64,000 nucleotides of DNA from positions 1 to 64,000 of IMG/VR virus record IMGVR_UViG_3300038424_000251; one strand, written 5' to 3'. Every line of letters begins with the position of its first letter. The first letter of the stretch is position 1. The notes beneath the pieces are model-generated. The model made no database searches, was not told the origin of the DNA, and saw only the letters and a program-made list of their open reading frames with translations. Of this stretch, positions 49,744 through 58,917 are shown one piece after another. A program made the position numbers and the translations under genes.

Positions 49744-49848
49744 ATTATATCCTTATCTTTTAATTGTTGTAGTTTTACTTAAAAGCGCCTCATACAGGCG
49801 ATTTCATATAATACATATTATGATTACCAAAAAAAATAATATTTTATT

Positions 49849-51195
49849 TTAGAATCCATGAAGAGCTTCTTTTTCACGTTTCTGTTCAATTTTTCTTTCA
49901 ACTTCTATTTCAATTTCTTTCGTTAATTTTGCTAAATCAGCTAATGCCTTTAGTCTATATGTTAAACTACCACCATGTCTTTCTATATTACCCAATCTAC
50001 GTCTTTGACGTTCTCTAGAAGCAATGGCATGTTTTAAGCAGTATTCTCTGATGGTAGCAGGTTGTCCACAATCTATACAACGCTTTGCTTTTTTCATTCT
50101 TAATCGCCATTTATGTTGATTTGAAATGGGTAAATCAGAAAATTCGTCTTTAATTGGAGGACGACCTATTTCATTAATTATTTCAATTACATAATCATTA
50201 AAAGAAGGTTGTTGCTGTTGTTTTTTACGCTCTTTTTGGATTGCATCGTCAACTGCTTTATCAAATGCTAATTGCAATTTATATGTTTTGCTACCAAATC
50301 TTCTTGTTTTATAACCTAATGCACGTCTTTGAGCTTCTCTATAAATAATAGCATGTTTTAAGCAATATCTTGCTACAACAGCAGGTTCTCCACATATTAT
50401 ACATTTATTTTCTTTTTCTCTTCTTAGTTGATATTTTCTTTGTCTTGAGATAGGTAAATCAGAAAATTCATCATGGTATGGTTTTCCAGTTACTTCATCA
50501 ATTACTTCTTTAATAAGTTGTTTGAAATCATTTTTTGTGATAAATGTTTGTTCTTCTAACTCATAACCAATTTTTGCGCCTCTCATCATATCTCGCCTAT
50601 ATTTTTCTCTAGCTCTCATTGCGGGTTTAAGAATATTTTTGAATCTATCGGTTTCTCTTCGCAGTTCTTCTTTGTCTTTTTTAAGTTTTGCACAATCTCT
50701 GCAAACCTGCATTTGATTTCCTTTGTCGTCTTTTTCTGCTTTTTTCTTAAAACACTTAATACAAATACCTTGTTTCAATGCTTGAAGTCGTCTAGCTTTA
50801 AGTTCATCTTCACATTTTTGACAAAGTTTTTTACCCGGCAGGGGTGGATTTGGACATCTCGCACAAGAACCACGTTTCTTTATTAATTTTTCTCTAGCTG
50901 CTCTAAATTGTTTAAGACAATCTTCACAATATATTCCTCTTTTTCCATTTGGTTTTATAATTGCTGGATTTTTACCACATTGAATACACAATCCTTTATT
51001 TCTTCTGGCTTGTTTAAGTTTCATTGAGGCAAATTTTTGTCTTTGTTTTGTAGTCATGCCTTTCAAGGCAAATTGTTCTTCCGGTGTTAATTCATACTCG
51101 GTGCTTGTACGAAAATCAGGACCATATTGCCTGTTATAAATTCTAACCTCTTTTATAACTTCCCAAATTAATTTATGGAATTCCATTGGTGTCAT
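49849..51195 (-). CDS. Basic multi-zinc-finger protein with repeated modules and KLIxEVIxE motifs
   Basis: Three CxxC...CxxC units, then two copies of DEFSDLPIS..(Q/H)K..LR...CxxCGxPA...YCLKHAI..RE.QRR.LG. Confidence 0.65.
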   Translation of the reverse strand: MTPMEFHKLIWEVIKEVRIYNRQYGPDFRTSTEYELTPEEQFALKGMTTKQRQKFASMKLKQARRNKGLCIQCGKNPAIIKPNGKRGIYCEDCLKQFRAAREKLIKKRGSCARCPNPPLPGKKLCQKCEDELKARRLQALKQGICIKCFKKKAEKDDKGNQMQVCRDCAKLKKDKEELRRETDRFKNILKPAMRAREKYRRDMMRGAKIGYELEEQTFITKNDFKQLIKEVIDEVTGKPYHDEFSDLPISRQRKYQLRREKENKCIICGEPAVVARYCLKHAIIYREAQRRALGYKTRRFGSKTYKLQLAFDKAVDDAIQKERKKQQQQPSFNDYVIEIINEIGRPPIKDEFSDLPISNQHKWRLRMKKAKRCIDCGQPATIREYCLKHAIASRERQRRRLGNIERHGGSLTYRLKALADLAKLTKEIEIEVERKIEQKREKEALHGF

Positions 51196-51306
51196 ATTTT
51201 ATAAATATAATCAGTATTTTAGTAGATGAATTAAAAAAGGATTGAAATGGTATAAAAAGTTTACTATTTAGGTTTATGGTGTAAAGTACACTAACAAATA
51301 AAATAT

Positions 51307-52701
51307 ATGGAAAATATAGACAATCTTAAAAAATATGGAAGTGAATTTCAATCAAAGTGTATAGCATCATTAGTAACAGACAAATTATTTATAGAACGGA
51401 TTCTTGATATTCTTACTCCTGATTACTTCGAGTCAGATGCAAATAAATGGATAGTTCAACAAATAATGGATTATTTTCTAAAATATAAATCATGCCCAAC
51501 TCTTCAAGTATTTGGAATTGAGTCAGAAAAAATTAGAAGTGATGTGTTAAAAGCTGCTGTAGTTGAACAACTAAAGAACGTTTATACTCACCATATAGAT
51601 TCACCAGATTTAAAATTTATTATGGAACAATTTTTGGAGTTCTGTAAAAATCAAAAAATGAAAAACGCTATTGTATCATCCACAGATTTTCTAAAATTAG
51701 GTCAATATGACCAGATTAGACGGGTGGTTGATGAAGCTCTAAAAGCCGGTATGGAAAGAAATCTTGGTCATGAATATCTTGTGGATATTGAAAAACGTAT
51801 GTCAGAACTGTGTCGTGATACTGTTAAGACCAATTGGGAAGAAATTGATAAGCTATTGGATGGTGGTTTAGCAAAAGGCGAACTGGGATTTGTTGTAGCT
51901 CCAGCAGGTTCCGGTAAATCTTGGTTATTGACTAGATTGGGTTCAGAAGCTATGAAAGATGGAAAAAATGTTGTTCATATTACTTTGGAATTAAACGAAA
52001 ATTATGTTGGTTTAAGATATGATAGTTGTTTTACGGGCATTAATTTTCAGGACATTAGAAAAAATGTTGATATAGTTAAGAATAAAATTGATTCAATTAA
52101 AGGTAAATTATTTATCAAATATTTTCCAATCAAGACCATTGCTTCGCATACGATTAAAACACATGTGGAACGTATTCAAATGTTAACGGGGAATAAAATC
52201 GATTTAATTATAGTAGATTATGCTGACCTTTTAAGGCCTGCCACGGCAGATAAAAATGCAAATTCTTATAGTGAAGCTGGTTCGGTTTATGAAGAATTAA
52301 GGTCAGTTGCGGGTGAACTTCAAATTCCCATTTGGTCTGCTTCACAAGCCCACAGAGGAGCGCATGAAGAAGAAGTTATTCAGGCTCAGAATGTTGCAGA
52401 CTCTTATAGAAAAATTATGACTGGAGATTTTGTTATTAGTCTTTCAAGAAAAATGGAAGATAAAGCATTAGGCACAGCCAGAATACACGTTATTAAAAAT
52501 CGTTTTGGAGCTGACGGTATGACTTTTCCAGCATATTTTGATGCAAGTAATGGAAATGTCAAAGTTCTTGACCCAAATACTGCTGCGGGAAGAGAATGTA
52601 TGGAAAAGATGAAAGACAATGAAGATAAACTCCAAAATTTAGTTAGAGATAATTGGAATCAAATTAAGAAAAACCGACAACAAATTACAGATGATGATTA
52701 A
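51307..52701 (+). CDS. Replicative DNA helicase (DnaB / T4 gp41-like)
   Basis: GGLAKGELG, APAGSGKS, HITLEL, IIVDYADLL, WSASQ, IKNRFGADG. Confidence 0.9.
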   Translation: MENIDNLKKYGSEFQSKCIASLVTDKLFIERILDILTPDYFESDANKWIVQQIMDYFLKYKSCPTLQVFGIESEKIRSDVLKAAVVEQLKNVYTHHIDSPDLKFIMEQFLEFCKNQKMKNAIVSSTDFLKLGQYDQIRRVVDEALKAGMERNLGHEYLVDIEKRMSELCRDTVKTNWEEIDKLLDGGLAKGELGFVVAPAGSGKSWLLTRLGSEAMKDGKNVVHITLELNENYVGLRYDSCFTGINFQDIRKNVDIVKNKIDSIKGKLFIKYFPIKTIASHTIKTHVERIQMLTGNKIDLIIVDYADLLRPATADKNANSYSEAGSVYEELRSVAGELQIPIWSASQAHRGAHEEEVIQAQNVADSYRKIMTGDFVISLSRKMEDKALGTARIHVIKNRFGADGMTFPAYFDASNGNVKVLDPNTAAGRECMEKMKDNEDKLQNLVRDNWNQIKKNRQQITDDD

Positions 52702-52833
52702 TTAGATAGCGCTATTTTCTCGTACCTGAAAAAAATCCAAACGCGAAAAAACATCAAAAAATAATTTCGTTCTAATCTCTGTTTTGGAAAAAGGAAATGC
52801 TAATTATTCTTCACGTAAAGACTTTTAGGATAT

Positions 52834-53295
52834 ATGAATAATGGTTTATTAAAAGTGGTTGAAATTCAATCGCACAATTCTGATTTTGTATTTGACACAA
52901 TAAAACGAAGATGGGAAGTTTCCGAAGAAGAGTCATTAAGTTTCGTAGAAAGATATCTCACAAAAAGAAATAACGCAAATTGCTTTGTCTCAATTTATGA
53001 TGATGTGCCTATGGGTATGGAAGCATTTAACATAAATAATGACATAGGAGTAGATTTACATCCTTGGTGCGTAGGATTGTGGGTTCATCCAAAATACAGA
53101 GGTCGTGGAGTTGGAAATAAACTTACATTACATATATTCAATTGGGCTAAAAAGCTAGGTTATGAAAAAATTTACTTGGACACTGTTGGTGCTGAATTAT
53201 ATCATTTGAAATTTGGATGGAAAAAAACAGGAATAATTGGCATGTACAGAAATGAGCCAACTGTGGTGATGGAGCACGATTTGATGAATATATGA
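52834..53295 (+). CDS. GNAT acetyltransferase
   Basis: PWCVGLWVHPKYRGRGVG...LYHLKFGW. Confidence 0.85.
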   Translation: MNNGLLKVVEIQSHNSDFVFDTIKRRWEVSEEESLSFVERYLTKRNNANCFVSIYDDVPMGMEAFNINNDIGVDLHPWCVGLWVHPKYRGRGVGNKLTLHIFNWAKKLGYEKIYLDTVGAELYHLKFGWKKTGIIGMYRNEPTVVMEHDLMNI

Positions 53296-55952
53296 AAATA
53301 GAAGAAAAAGAACAGAAGGATTTTCTGACAACAATTACAACTAAATATCAAGATGTTAAAAAATTGACTACTGAAGAGTATTTCAATAATAATCAGTTTT
53401 CCATAGATGCTTTCAGAAAAAAATATGCTATAGATGATACTGAATCATATGTGGATGCTTTAAAACGAGTTTGTGATTATGTTGCATCGGTAGAAAAAAC
53501 AGAAGAACTTAAAAAGTTTTGGAGCGAGCGATGGTTTGATGAAATTTACAATGATTGGTGGCATCCAGCAGGCTCCATTATGCAGGGTGCTGGAACAGGA
53601 AGAAAAATTTCTCTTGCTAATTGCACAACTATTTCTCTTGGTGCTCTTCGTGATGATGAAGAATGGGATAGTCTTGAATCGATTATGAAAAATGCTGCTT
53701 ATACTGTTGCAAAATGTGCAGCATATCGTCAAGGGCTAGGTGTAGATTTTAGCCGACTTCGCCCTAATGGGTCAAAACTTCTAAATAGTGCTAATAAATC
53801 TACTGGCGCTGTTCATTGGATGAAACATATAGATACAATTGGTTATTCAGTTGGCCAAAAAGGTCGTATTCCTGCTATGTTATTTTCTTTAAATATTAGT
53901 CATCCTGATATAGAAGAGTTTATTACGGTCAAAAGCGATTACACAAAAATTCAGAATGCAAATATTTCAGTCCAACTTACGGAAAAATTTTATAAAGCTG
54001 TAGAAGATGATAAAGATTGGGAATTATCATTTGAAGTTCCTTCTGTTAAGAAAGGTGATAAAGTTTATATTGATGTTCATAGTGCGGATATGGATACAAA
54101 TCAGGAAAAAGATGGAAGATTTTATAAGATTGCTACTCACGATAAGAAAAAGGAAATTATTTCCAAAGTAGTTAAAGCCCGTAAATTAATGGAATTGATT
54201 GCAAAAAACATGTATCAAAATGCTGAACCGGGCATCCAAAATATTGATATTGCTAGAAAATATTCCAATTCAGATTACATGTATGACCCAAAAGATGAAT
54301 ATGACAGTCGTATCATTGGAACAAATGCTTGTTCTGAACAATATCTTAGTCGGGAATCTCTTTGCGTTTTAGCTTCACTCAACGTTGGTAAATTTTCAAC
54401 TCTCCCAGAAGTTTATGTTAGACAACTTGAAAGAATTGGGATATCGATAAATCGATTTTTAGATAATGTTAATGAATGTGAATTAGTATATGAAACTTAT
54501 GCAACACCGCACCAAAGATTGGCTATTCAAAAACTTAGAAGAACAGGTGCTGGAGTAACTAATATAGTAGGTTGGTTATTCAAAAAAAATCTTGTTTATG
54601 CTACCAAAGAAGCTAATGATGCATTTGAAGAATTCATGAAACTGTTTAATTATTGGTTATATTACAGTTCTGAAATAAATGGGAAAGAAAAAGGTGATTT
54701 TGGTTTGTTTGATAAAGAAAAATGGAAATCTTCCCTTTTTGTAAAAAGAGTTCTTGAAGAATCAATAAAACTTAATGAAAAATATAATGTTCCAACCCTT
54801 AATGGAAATTATGCTAGAAATGTAACCAACAGTTCTATTGCTCCAACTGGTACGTTAAGTTTGATGTTTAGAGATTTGGTTATGAGTTATGGTATTGAAT
54901 CTGCCTTCTTTCTTTATTTTTGGAAACGAACAAGAATGGAAGGTTCATATAGATATTATTTCAATGTTCCAAAAGTTGTTAGAGATACGTTTGAAGAAGC
55001 TGGATTTCCAATTTCAATGAAATCGGATACTATTCGCGATGAATGGGATGGACGTAATGGAAAATCTATAGCTGAATTTATAGAAAAAAATCTTAATAAA
55101 GTGGGTATTAAATTTAAATCTTCAACAGAAATTGACCCAATGGAAAAACTTGAATTTATGTCACAAGTTATGAAATGGGTAGATTCTTCTATTTCAACCA
55201 CTTATCTTCTTCCAATAGAATCGGACTGGAAATCTGTTTATAAGTTTATTTTAGCTTCACATGATAAAGAAGTGAAATCTATAGCAGCTTTCCCAGATAA
55301 AAAAATGTATGGCATTGTATCCAATATTGCTTTCAAAGATTTAGCATTTAAATTAAAATCAGAAAATATAGAAATGCACCATCAGAATTTTTCTGATGAT
55401 GAACTAAAAGAACTTAATTTGTCCCGTCAGAAAATTAACACAGATTGTATAGATGCTCCTAAAAGACTACCGACATTAGATGCTGATATTTATGTTGTTA
55501 ATGTAAAAGGAGAAAAATTTTGTATTGCTGTTGGCCTTCAAAATGGACAACCGTATGAAATTTTTGGTGGTCAATTAAACGGTCTTGGTTTGAAATCTAA
55601 CTTCAAGAAAGGTAAAATATCCAAGGTAAAACATCGCCAGTATGCTTTGGAAATTGATGATATTCTGATTGAAGATTTTAGTAAACAATTTACTCCAACG
55701 GAACAAATAATGTTCAGGCTTGCATCCACAAGTTTGCGTCATGGCGTTCCTATTCAGTTTATTGTTGACCAACTTCAAAAAGCGACAGAAGATATTACTT
55801 CAATGGGTGCAGCTGCAGCTAGAGTATTGAAAAAATATATCAAGAATGGTGAAGTAGCGAAGGGTCAAGTATGTCCAGAGTGTGGTAATGGATTGGTTTA
55901 TCTTGAAGGATGTGTATCATGCACAACGTGTGGATGGTCTAAATGTTCTTAA
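53292..55952 (+). CDS. nrdJ: Ribonucleotide reductase, class II (B12-dependent) likely
   Basis: SLANC, NANISV, AEPG, TNACSEQ, CVLASLN, SIAPTGTLS; C-terminal CPECG...EGCVSCTTCGWSKC; no beta-subunit gene adjacent. Confidence 0.85.
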   Translation: MKIEEKEQKDFLTTITTKYQDVKKLTTEEYFNNNQFSIDAFRKKYAIDDTESYVDALKRVCDYVASVEKTEELKKFWSERWFDEIYNDWWHPAGSIMQGAGTGRKISLANCTTISLGALRDDEEWDSLESIMKNAAYTVAKCAAYRQGLGVDFSRLRPNGSKLLNSANKSTGAVHWMKHIDTIGYSVGQKGRIPAMLFSLNISHPDIEEFITVKSDYTKIQNANISVQLTEKFYKAVEDDKDWELSFEVPSVKKGDKVYIDVHSADMDTNQEKDGRFYKIATHDKKKEIISKVVKARKLMELIAKNMYQNAEPGIQNIDIARKYSNSDYMYDPKDEYDSRIIGTNACSEQYLSRESLCVLASLNVGKFSTLPEVYVRQLERIGISINRFLDNVNECELVYETYATPHQRLAIQKLRRTGAGVTNIVGWLFKKNLVYATKEANDAFEEFMKLFNYWLYYSSEINGKEKGDFGLFDKEKWKSSLFVKRVLEESIKLNEKYNVPTLNGNYARNVTNSSIAPTGTLSLMFRDLVMSYGIESAFFLYFWKRTRMEGSYRYYFNVPKVVRDTFEEAGFPISMKSDTIRDEWDGRNGKSIAEFIEKNLNKVGIKFKSSTEIDPMEKLEFMSQVMKWVDSSISTTYLLPIESDWKSVYKFILASHDKEVKSIAAFPDKKMYGIVSNIAFKDLAFKLKSENIEMHHQNFSDDELKELNLSRQKINTDCIDAPKRLPTLDADIYVVNVKGEKFCIAVGLQNGQPYEIFGGQLNGLGLKSNFKKGKISKVKHRQYALEIDDILIEDFSKQFTPTEQIMFRLASTSLRHGVPIQFIVDQLQKATEDITSMGAAAARVLKKYIKNGEVAKGQVCPECGNGLVYLEGCVSCTTCGWSKCS

Positions 55953-56060
55953 TTTTTGTTTTAGGTAAATATTTTTATATTTATAAATGAGATATTATTA
56001 TAGAAACAAGTAAATTTAAATAAATTTGCTTTTTAGATTGGAGTTATACATAATAGAAAT

Positions 56061-56378
56061 ATGAAGAATATTAAATGGGCTCATTTAGGAATTGCAGCCG
56101 GCGTTATTGCCGTGTTACCAATTTGTTGGCAAGTCATAACAACTGCGGTTGCCATCCAGCAAACACCACAAACAATAATTGCACTTCATCAAGATATGAC
56201 CAATAGCTTTTCTGAACTTTCAACCCAAATTAAAAATGTAGATGATGCATCTATTCGAAGAGATAATCAAATTGTAAATGAATTCCACAAAGAAATTGCA
56301 GATAATCGAAATGTCGCCAAAACTAATTTTGATAAAATTCTGAAACGCATCGATGGTGATATTAAAATTGACCCCTAA
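56061..56378 (+). CDS. Single-TM coiled-coil protein (possible lysis accessory)
   Basis: N-terminal hydrophobic helix, then coiled coil; late motif at 55978. Confidence 0.4.
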   Translation: MKNIKWAHLGIAAGVIAVLPICWQVITTAVAIQQTPQTIIALHQDMTNSFSELSTQIKNVDDASIRRDNQIVNEFHKEIADNRNVAKTNFDKILKRIDGDIKIDP

Positions 56379-56385
56379 ATTAAAG

Positions 56386-56414
56386 TTGACACAAATATTA
56401 TATTAGGTTATAAT
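56386..56414 (+). promoter_or_regulatory. Perfect consensus sigma70 promoter
   Basis: TTGACA (56386-91), 17 nt, TATAAT (56409-14); ATG 8 nt later. Confidence 0.85.
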
Positions 56415-56422
56415 CTATCCAT

Positions 56423-57199
56423 ATGCTGGAAGAAAAATATTTTGATGCTAAAAGAGTTATCATCAAGAAAATAGATAAGGCTGTAGCTGAAGAAATAATT
56501 ATAAAATATCATTATTCACATAAATGGTCTTTATGTCAGATTGCGTATGGAATTTTTTATATTACCGACAAGCAATGTCAATTTTTTAATGCTGTAGAGG
56601 AAACTCTTATTGGTTGTATTGTATATGGTCAGCCCGTTGGTCGTTCTGCTGCCGAATCTATTTCAAAGTTAGTTGGTGTTTACGAAGTATTTGAACTTAC
56701 TAGATTATTCATTCATGATGGATACGGTAAAAATATAGAAAGTTATTCAATATCAAAATCTCTAGAACTTGTTAAAAGAGATTTCCCACATATTAAAGCA
56801 ATAATTTCTTATGCAGATGGTGAGCAGGGACATAAAGGAACTATTTATCAGGCTTGTAATTTTCATTATCAAGGTAATTCTTCTTTAGCTTTGATGCCCA
56901 ATTACTCTGTTTCTTTAGTTGGACCTCCTTATAAATGGATTCACTCAAGAACTATTTCATCAACATATGGTTCGCATAACGTTGAATATTTGAAAAAAAA
57001 GATAGGTCATACATTCTGGAGAAAAAAAGAATCTTCAAAACACAGATATGTTTACTTACTTGGAAATAAAAAAGAAAAAAGAAAAATACTGTTAAATCTT
57101 AAACATCCATTTCAATCTTACCCAAAGAGTACAAATCATACCGATGAAATTGAACAAATCATAGTAAATCCTCTTACAGAAAATCAATTCTTTGGATGA
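56423..57199 (+). CDS. Mom-like DNA modification protein (GNAT fold)
   Basis: IIKYHYSH, GCIVYG, ELTRL, ESYSISKSL, IISYAD..QGHKGTIYQACNF.YQG, KHRYVY. Confidence 0.75.
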   Translation: MLEEKYFDAKRVIIKKIDKAVAEEIIIKYHYSHKWSLCQIAYGIFYITDKQCQFFNAVEETLIGCIVYGQPVGRSAAESISKLVGVYEVFELTRLFIHDGYGKNIESYSISKSLELVKRDFPHIKAIISYADGEQGHKGTIYQACNFHYQGNSSLALMPNYSVSLVGPPYKWIHSRTISSTYGSHNVEYLKKKIGHTFWRKKESSKHRYVYLLGNKKEKRKILLNLKHPFQSYPKSTNHTDEIEQIIVNPLTENQFFG

Positions 57200-57221
57200 A
57201 ATATTGATATTTATAAGAGAT

Positions 57222-58817
57222 ATGATAATGTCTTTTATTACAGATATGGGTGAGAAACTCAAATTGGTTGACCAAAAAACTGGTAATATTATTGAATTGC
57301 CTCAACATGCTTATTGGGATGATTTAGGTAAAGGTAAACCAGAAGTTAAGGAAACAGGTGACAATTTAGAACATCTTAAAAAAAAATATAATGTACCGGA
57401 CAATCGCATAATTAGAGCAAAGGAACTTACACAAAGTATGAAAGAAGCTGTATCTAGTGAAAATATCAATATTATTGTTGACAGAGAATCGGAACTTGGT
57501 TATAGAGTTGTAAATGCTGTTTATATTAGAGGCGGATTTGAAAAAGGAATTGAAAAAATAAAGAAATTATCCAGTTATAAAGGAGTAGTTCAGTTTGTAA
57601 ATCCAGAAACAGGAGAAACGGTAAAAGGGCCTAAATATGATACAGCAACACAAATTATGAAGGGAAGAAAAATTAGTGATGTATTACCCCGTGGAATAAA
57701 ACAACAACCACCAACTGAACCAACACAATATGAACCAAGAGATAGAGTTGATGAATTAGAATGGGGAAAAAAACCACAACAATATAAAAGTCAAATTATA
57801 GTTAGCAAAAAATGGTTAGGAAAATATAAAGTTACTGCTTATGATGAAAATGGTAATATAGCAGGAAATGGAACAGAACAATATGAATTTGCGTCACCTG
57901 ACCATGTTGTAGTAACAGTCAGATATTTACAGAAAAAACATCCTGAATGGTCCGTTATAGATTTAACTAAAGAAATATTTATGAATGAAATCACTAAATT
58001 TAGAAACATAATCAGAGAGTGTATCTCTGAAATAAAAAAAGAGAACGACCCAAGAACACTTCTTAAAGAGTCACTTCGTAATGTAGTTAAAGAAGTTTTA
58101 AAAGAAATAGCGACTGTTTCTAAACCAGAACCAACCGAAGAGGAAAAAACAGACACTTCCAAGGGATATTTCAAAAAATTGAATCAACGTGTGGATAAAA
58201 CTAATGATAAATTACAGGCTGAACTTGAAACGATTGTTCATGGTATTGACCCTACTTGGGAAGTCTATTGGGATGACCACAATCAGTTGATTGTTCGTGC
58301 TCATAATCTTTTATATGTTAGAATTGTGCCAAAATTTGAAAATAATTATGATATTGATGCTATGGTGAAATTGGTTGATAGAGTCCGTGCTATAGCTCAA
58401 ACATGGGACCAAGTTAAGGCATTTGTCAAAGCTAACTTTAATGATTTGAAAAATCAGACTATTCCTGATAAATTACATAAAAAATCTGTTGATAACTATG
58501 AAGATAGAGAAGTAATTAAAAAGGATGCTGGCCCGGAGAAAGCTAAAGTTAATTTTAGATATCAAGACCCAAAACATAGTAGTGTTAAAGATACTAAGAA
58601 AGATGATAAAAATTATAATGAACCTCAAACCAAGAGGGCAGAAGATATGCCTGACCAACCAATGAAGCAGGTGACAGAGCCCGGTAAAGACCCGGAATCT
58701 AAAAATAAAAACATTACAAAAACTCCTCAGGTTAAACCACCAAAACACAAACTTGACAAAAAATTGAGAGTGAAAGACAAGAAAACTTCCAAATTTACTT
58801 TTAAGAAGACAACCTAA
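57222..58817 (+). CDS. Modular protein with internal IIRECISE / VVKEVLKE motifs
   Basis: Late motif upstream; several x-x-E junctions; Lys/Pro-rich tail. Confidence 0.55.
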   Translation: MIMSFITDMGEKLKLVDQKTGNIIELPQHAYWDDLGKGKPEVKETGDNLEHLKKKYNVPDNRIIRAKELTQSMKEAVSSENINIIVDRESELGYRVVNAVYIRGGFEKGIEKIKKLSSYKGVVQFVNPETGETVKGPKYDTATQIMKGRKISDVLPRGIKQQPPTEPTQYEPRDRVDELEWGKKPQQYKSQIIVSKKWLGKYKVTAYDENGNIAGNGTEQYEFASPDHVVVTVRYLQKKHPEWSVIDLTKEIFMNEITKFRNIIRECISEIKKENDPRTLLKESLRNVVKEVLKEIATVSKPEPTEEEKTDTSKGYFKKLNQRVDKTNDKLQAELETIVHGIDPTWEVYWDDHNQLIVRAHNLLYVRIVPKFENNYDIDAMVKLVDRVRAIAQTWDQVKAFVKANFNDLKNQTIPDKLHKKSVDNYEDREVIKKDAGPEKAKVNFRYQDPKHSSVKDTKKDDKNYNEPQTKRAEDMPDQPMKQVTEPGKDPESKNKNITKTPQVKPPKHKLDKKLRVKDKKTSKFTFKKTT

Positions 58818-58840
58818 TAAAACTGCTTAATTATCGCTAT

Positions 58841-58872
58841 AATAAAAACCGTGTAAAAGCACGGTTTTTATT
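58841..58872 (+). terminator. Rho-independent terminator
   Basis: AATAAAAACCGTG-TAAAAG-CACGGTTTTTATT. Confidence 0.8.
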
Positions 58873-58877
58873 TGCGC

Positions 58878-58906
58878 TTGACTTTTTATATGGTTGATGG
58901 TAAACT
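58878..58906 (+). promoter_or_regulatory. Sigma70-type promoter with extended -10
   Basis: TTGACT-17-TAAACT with TG preceding the -10 box. Confidence 0.6.
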
Positions 58907-58917
58907 GTTGTATATAA

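Noticed and set aside
52702-52833. NrdR box or cobalamin riboswitch upstream of the GNAT-RNR operon
   Set aside because: No recognisable consensus; the region is A/T-run rich with only a short ATAGCGCTAT palindrome.
45609-55952. Inteins or introns in RecA, helicase or RNR
   Set aside because: Lengths are normal, and I saw no intein C/S...HN ends or LAGLIDADG motifs.
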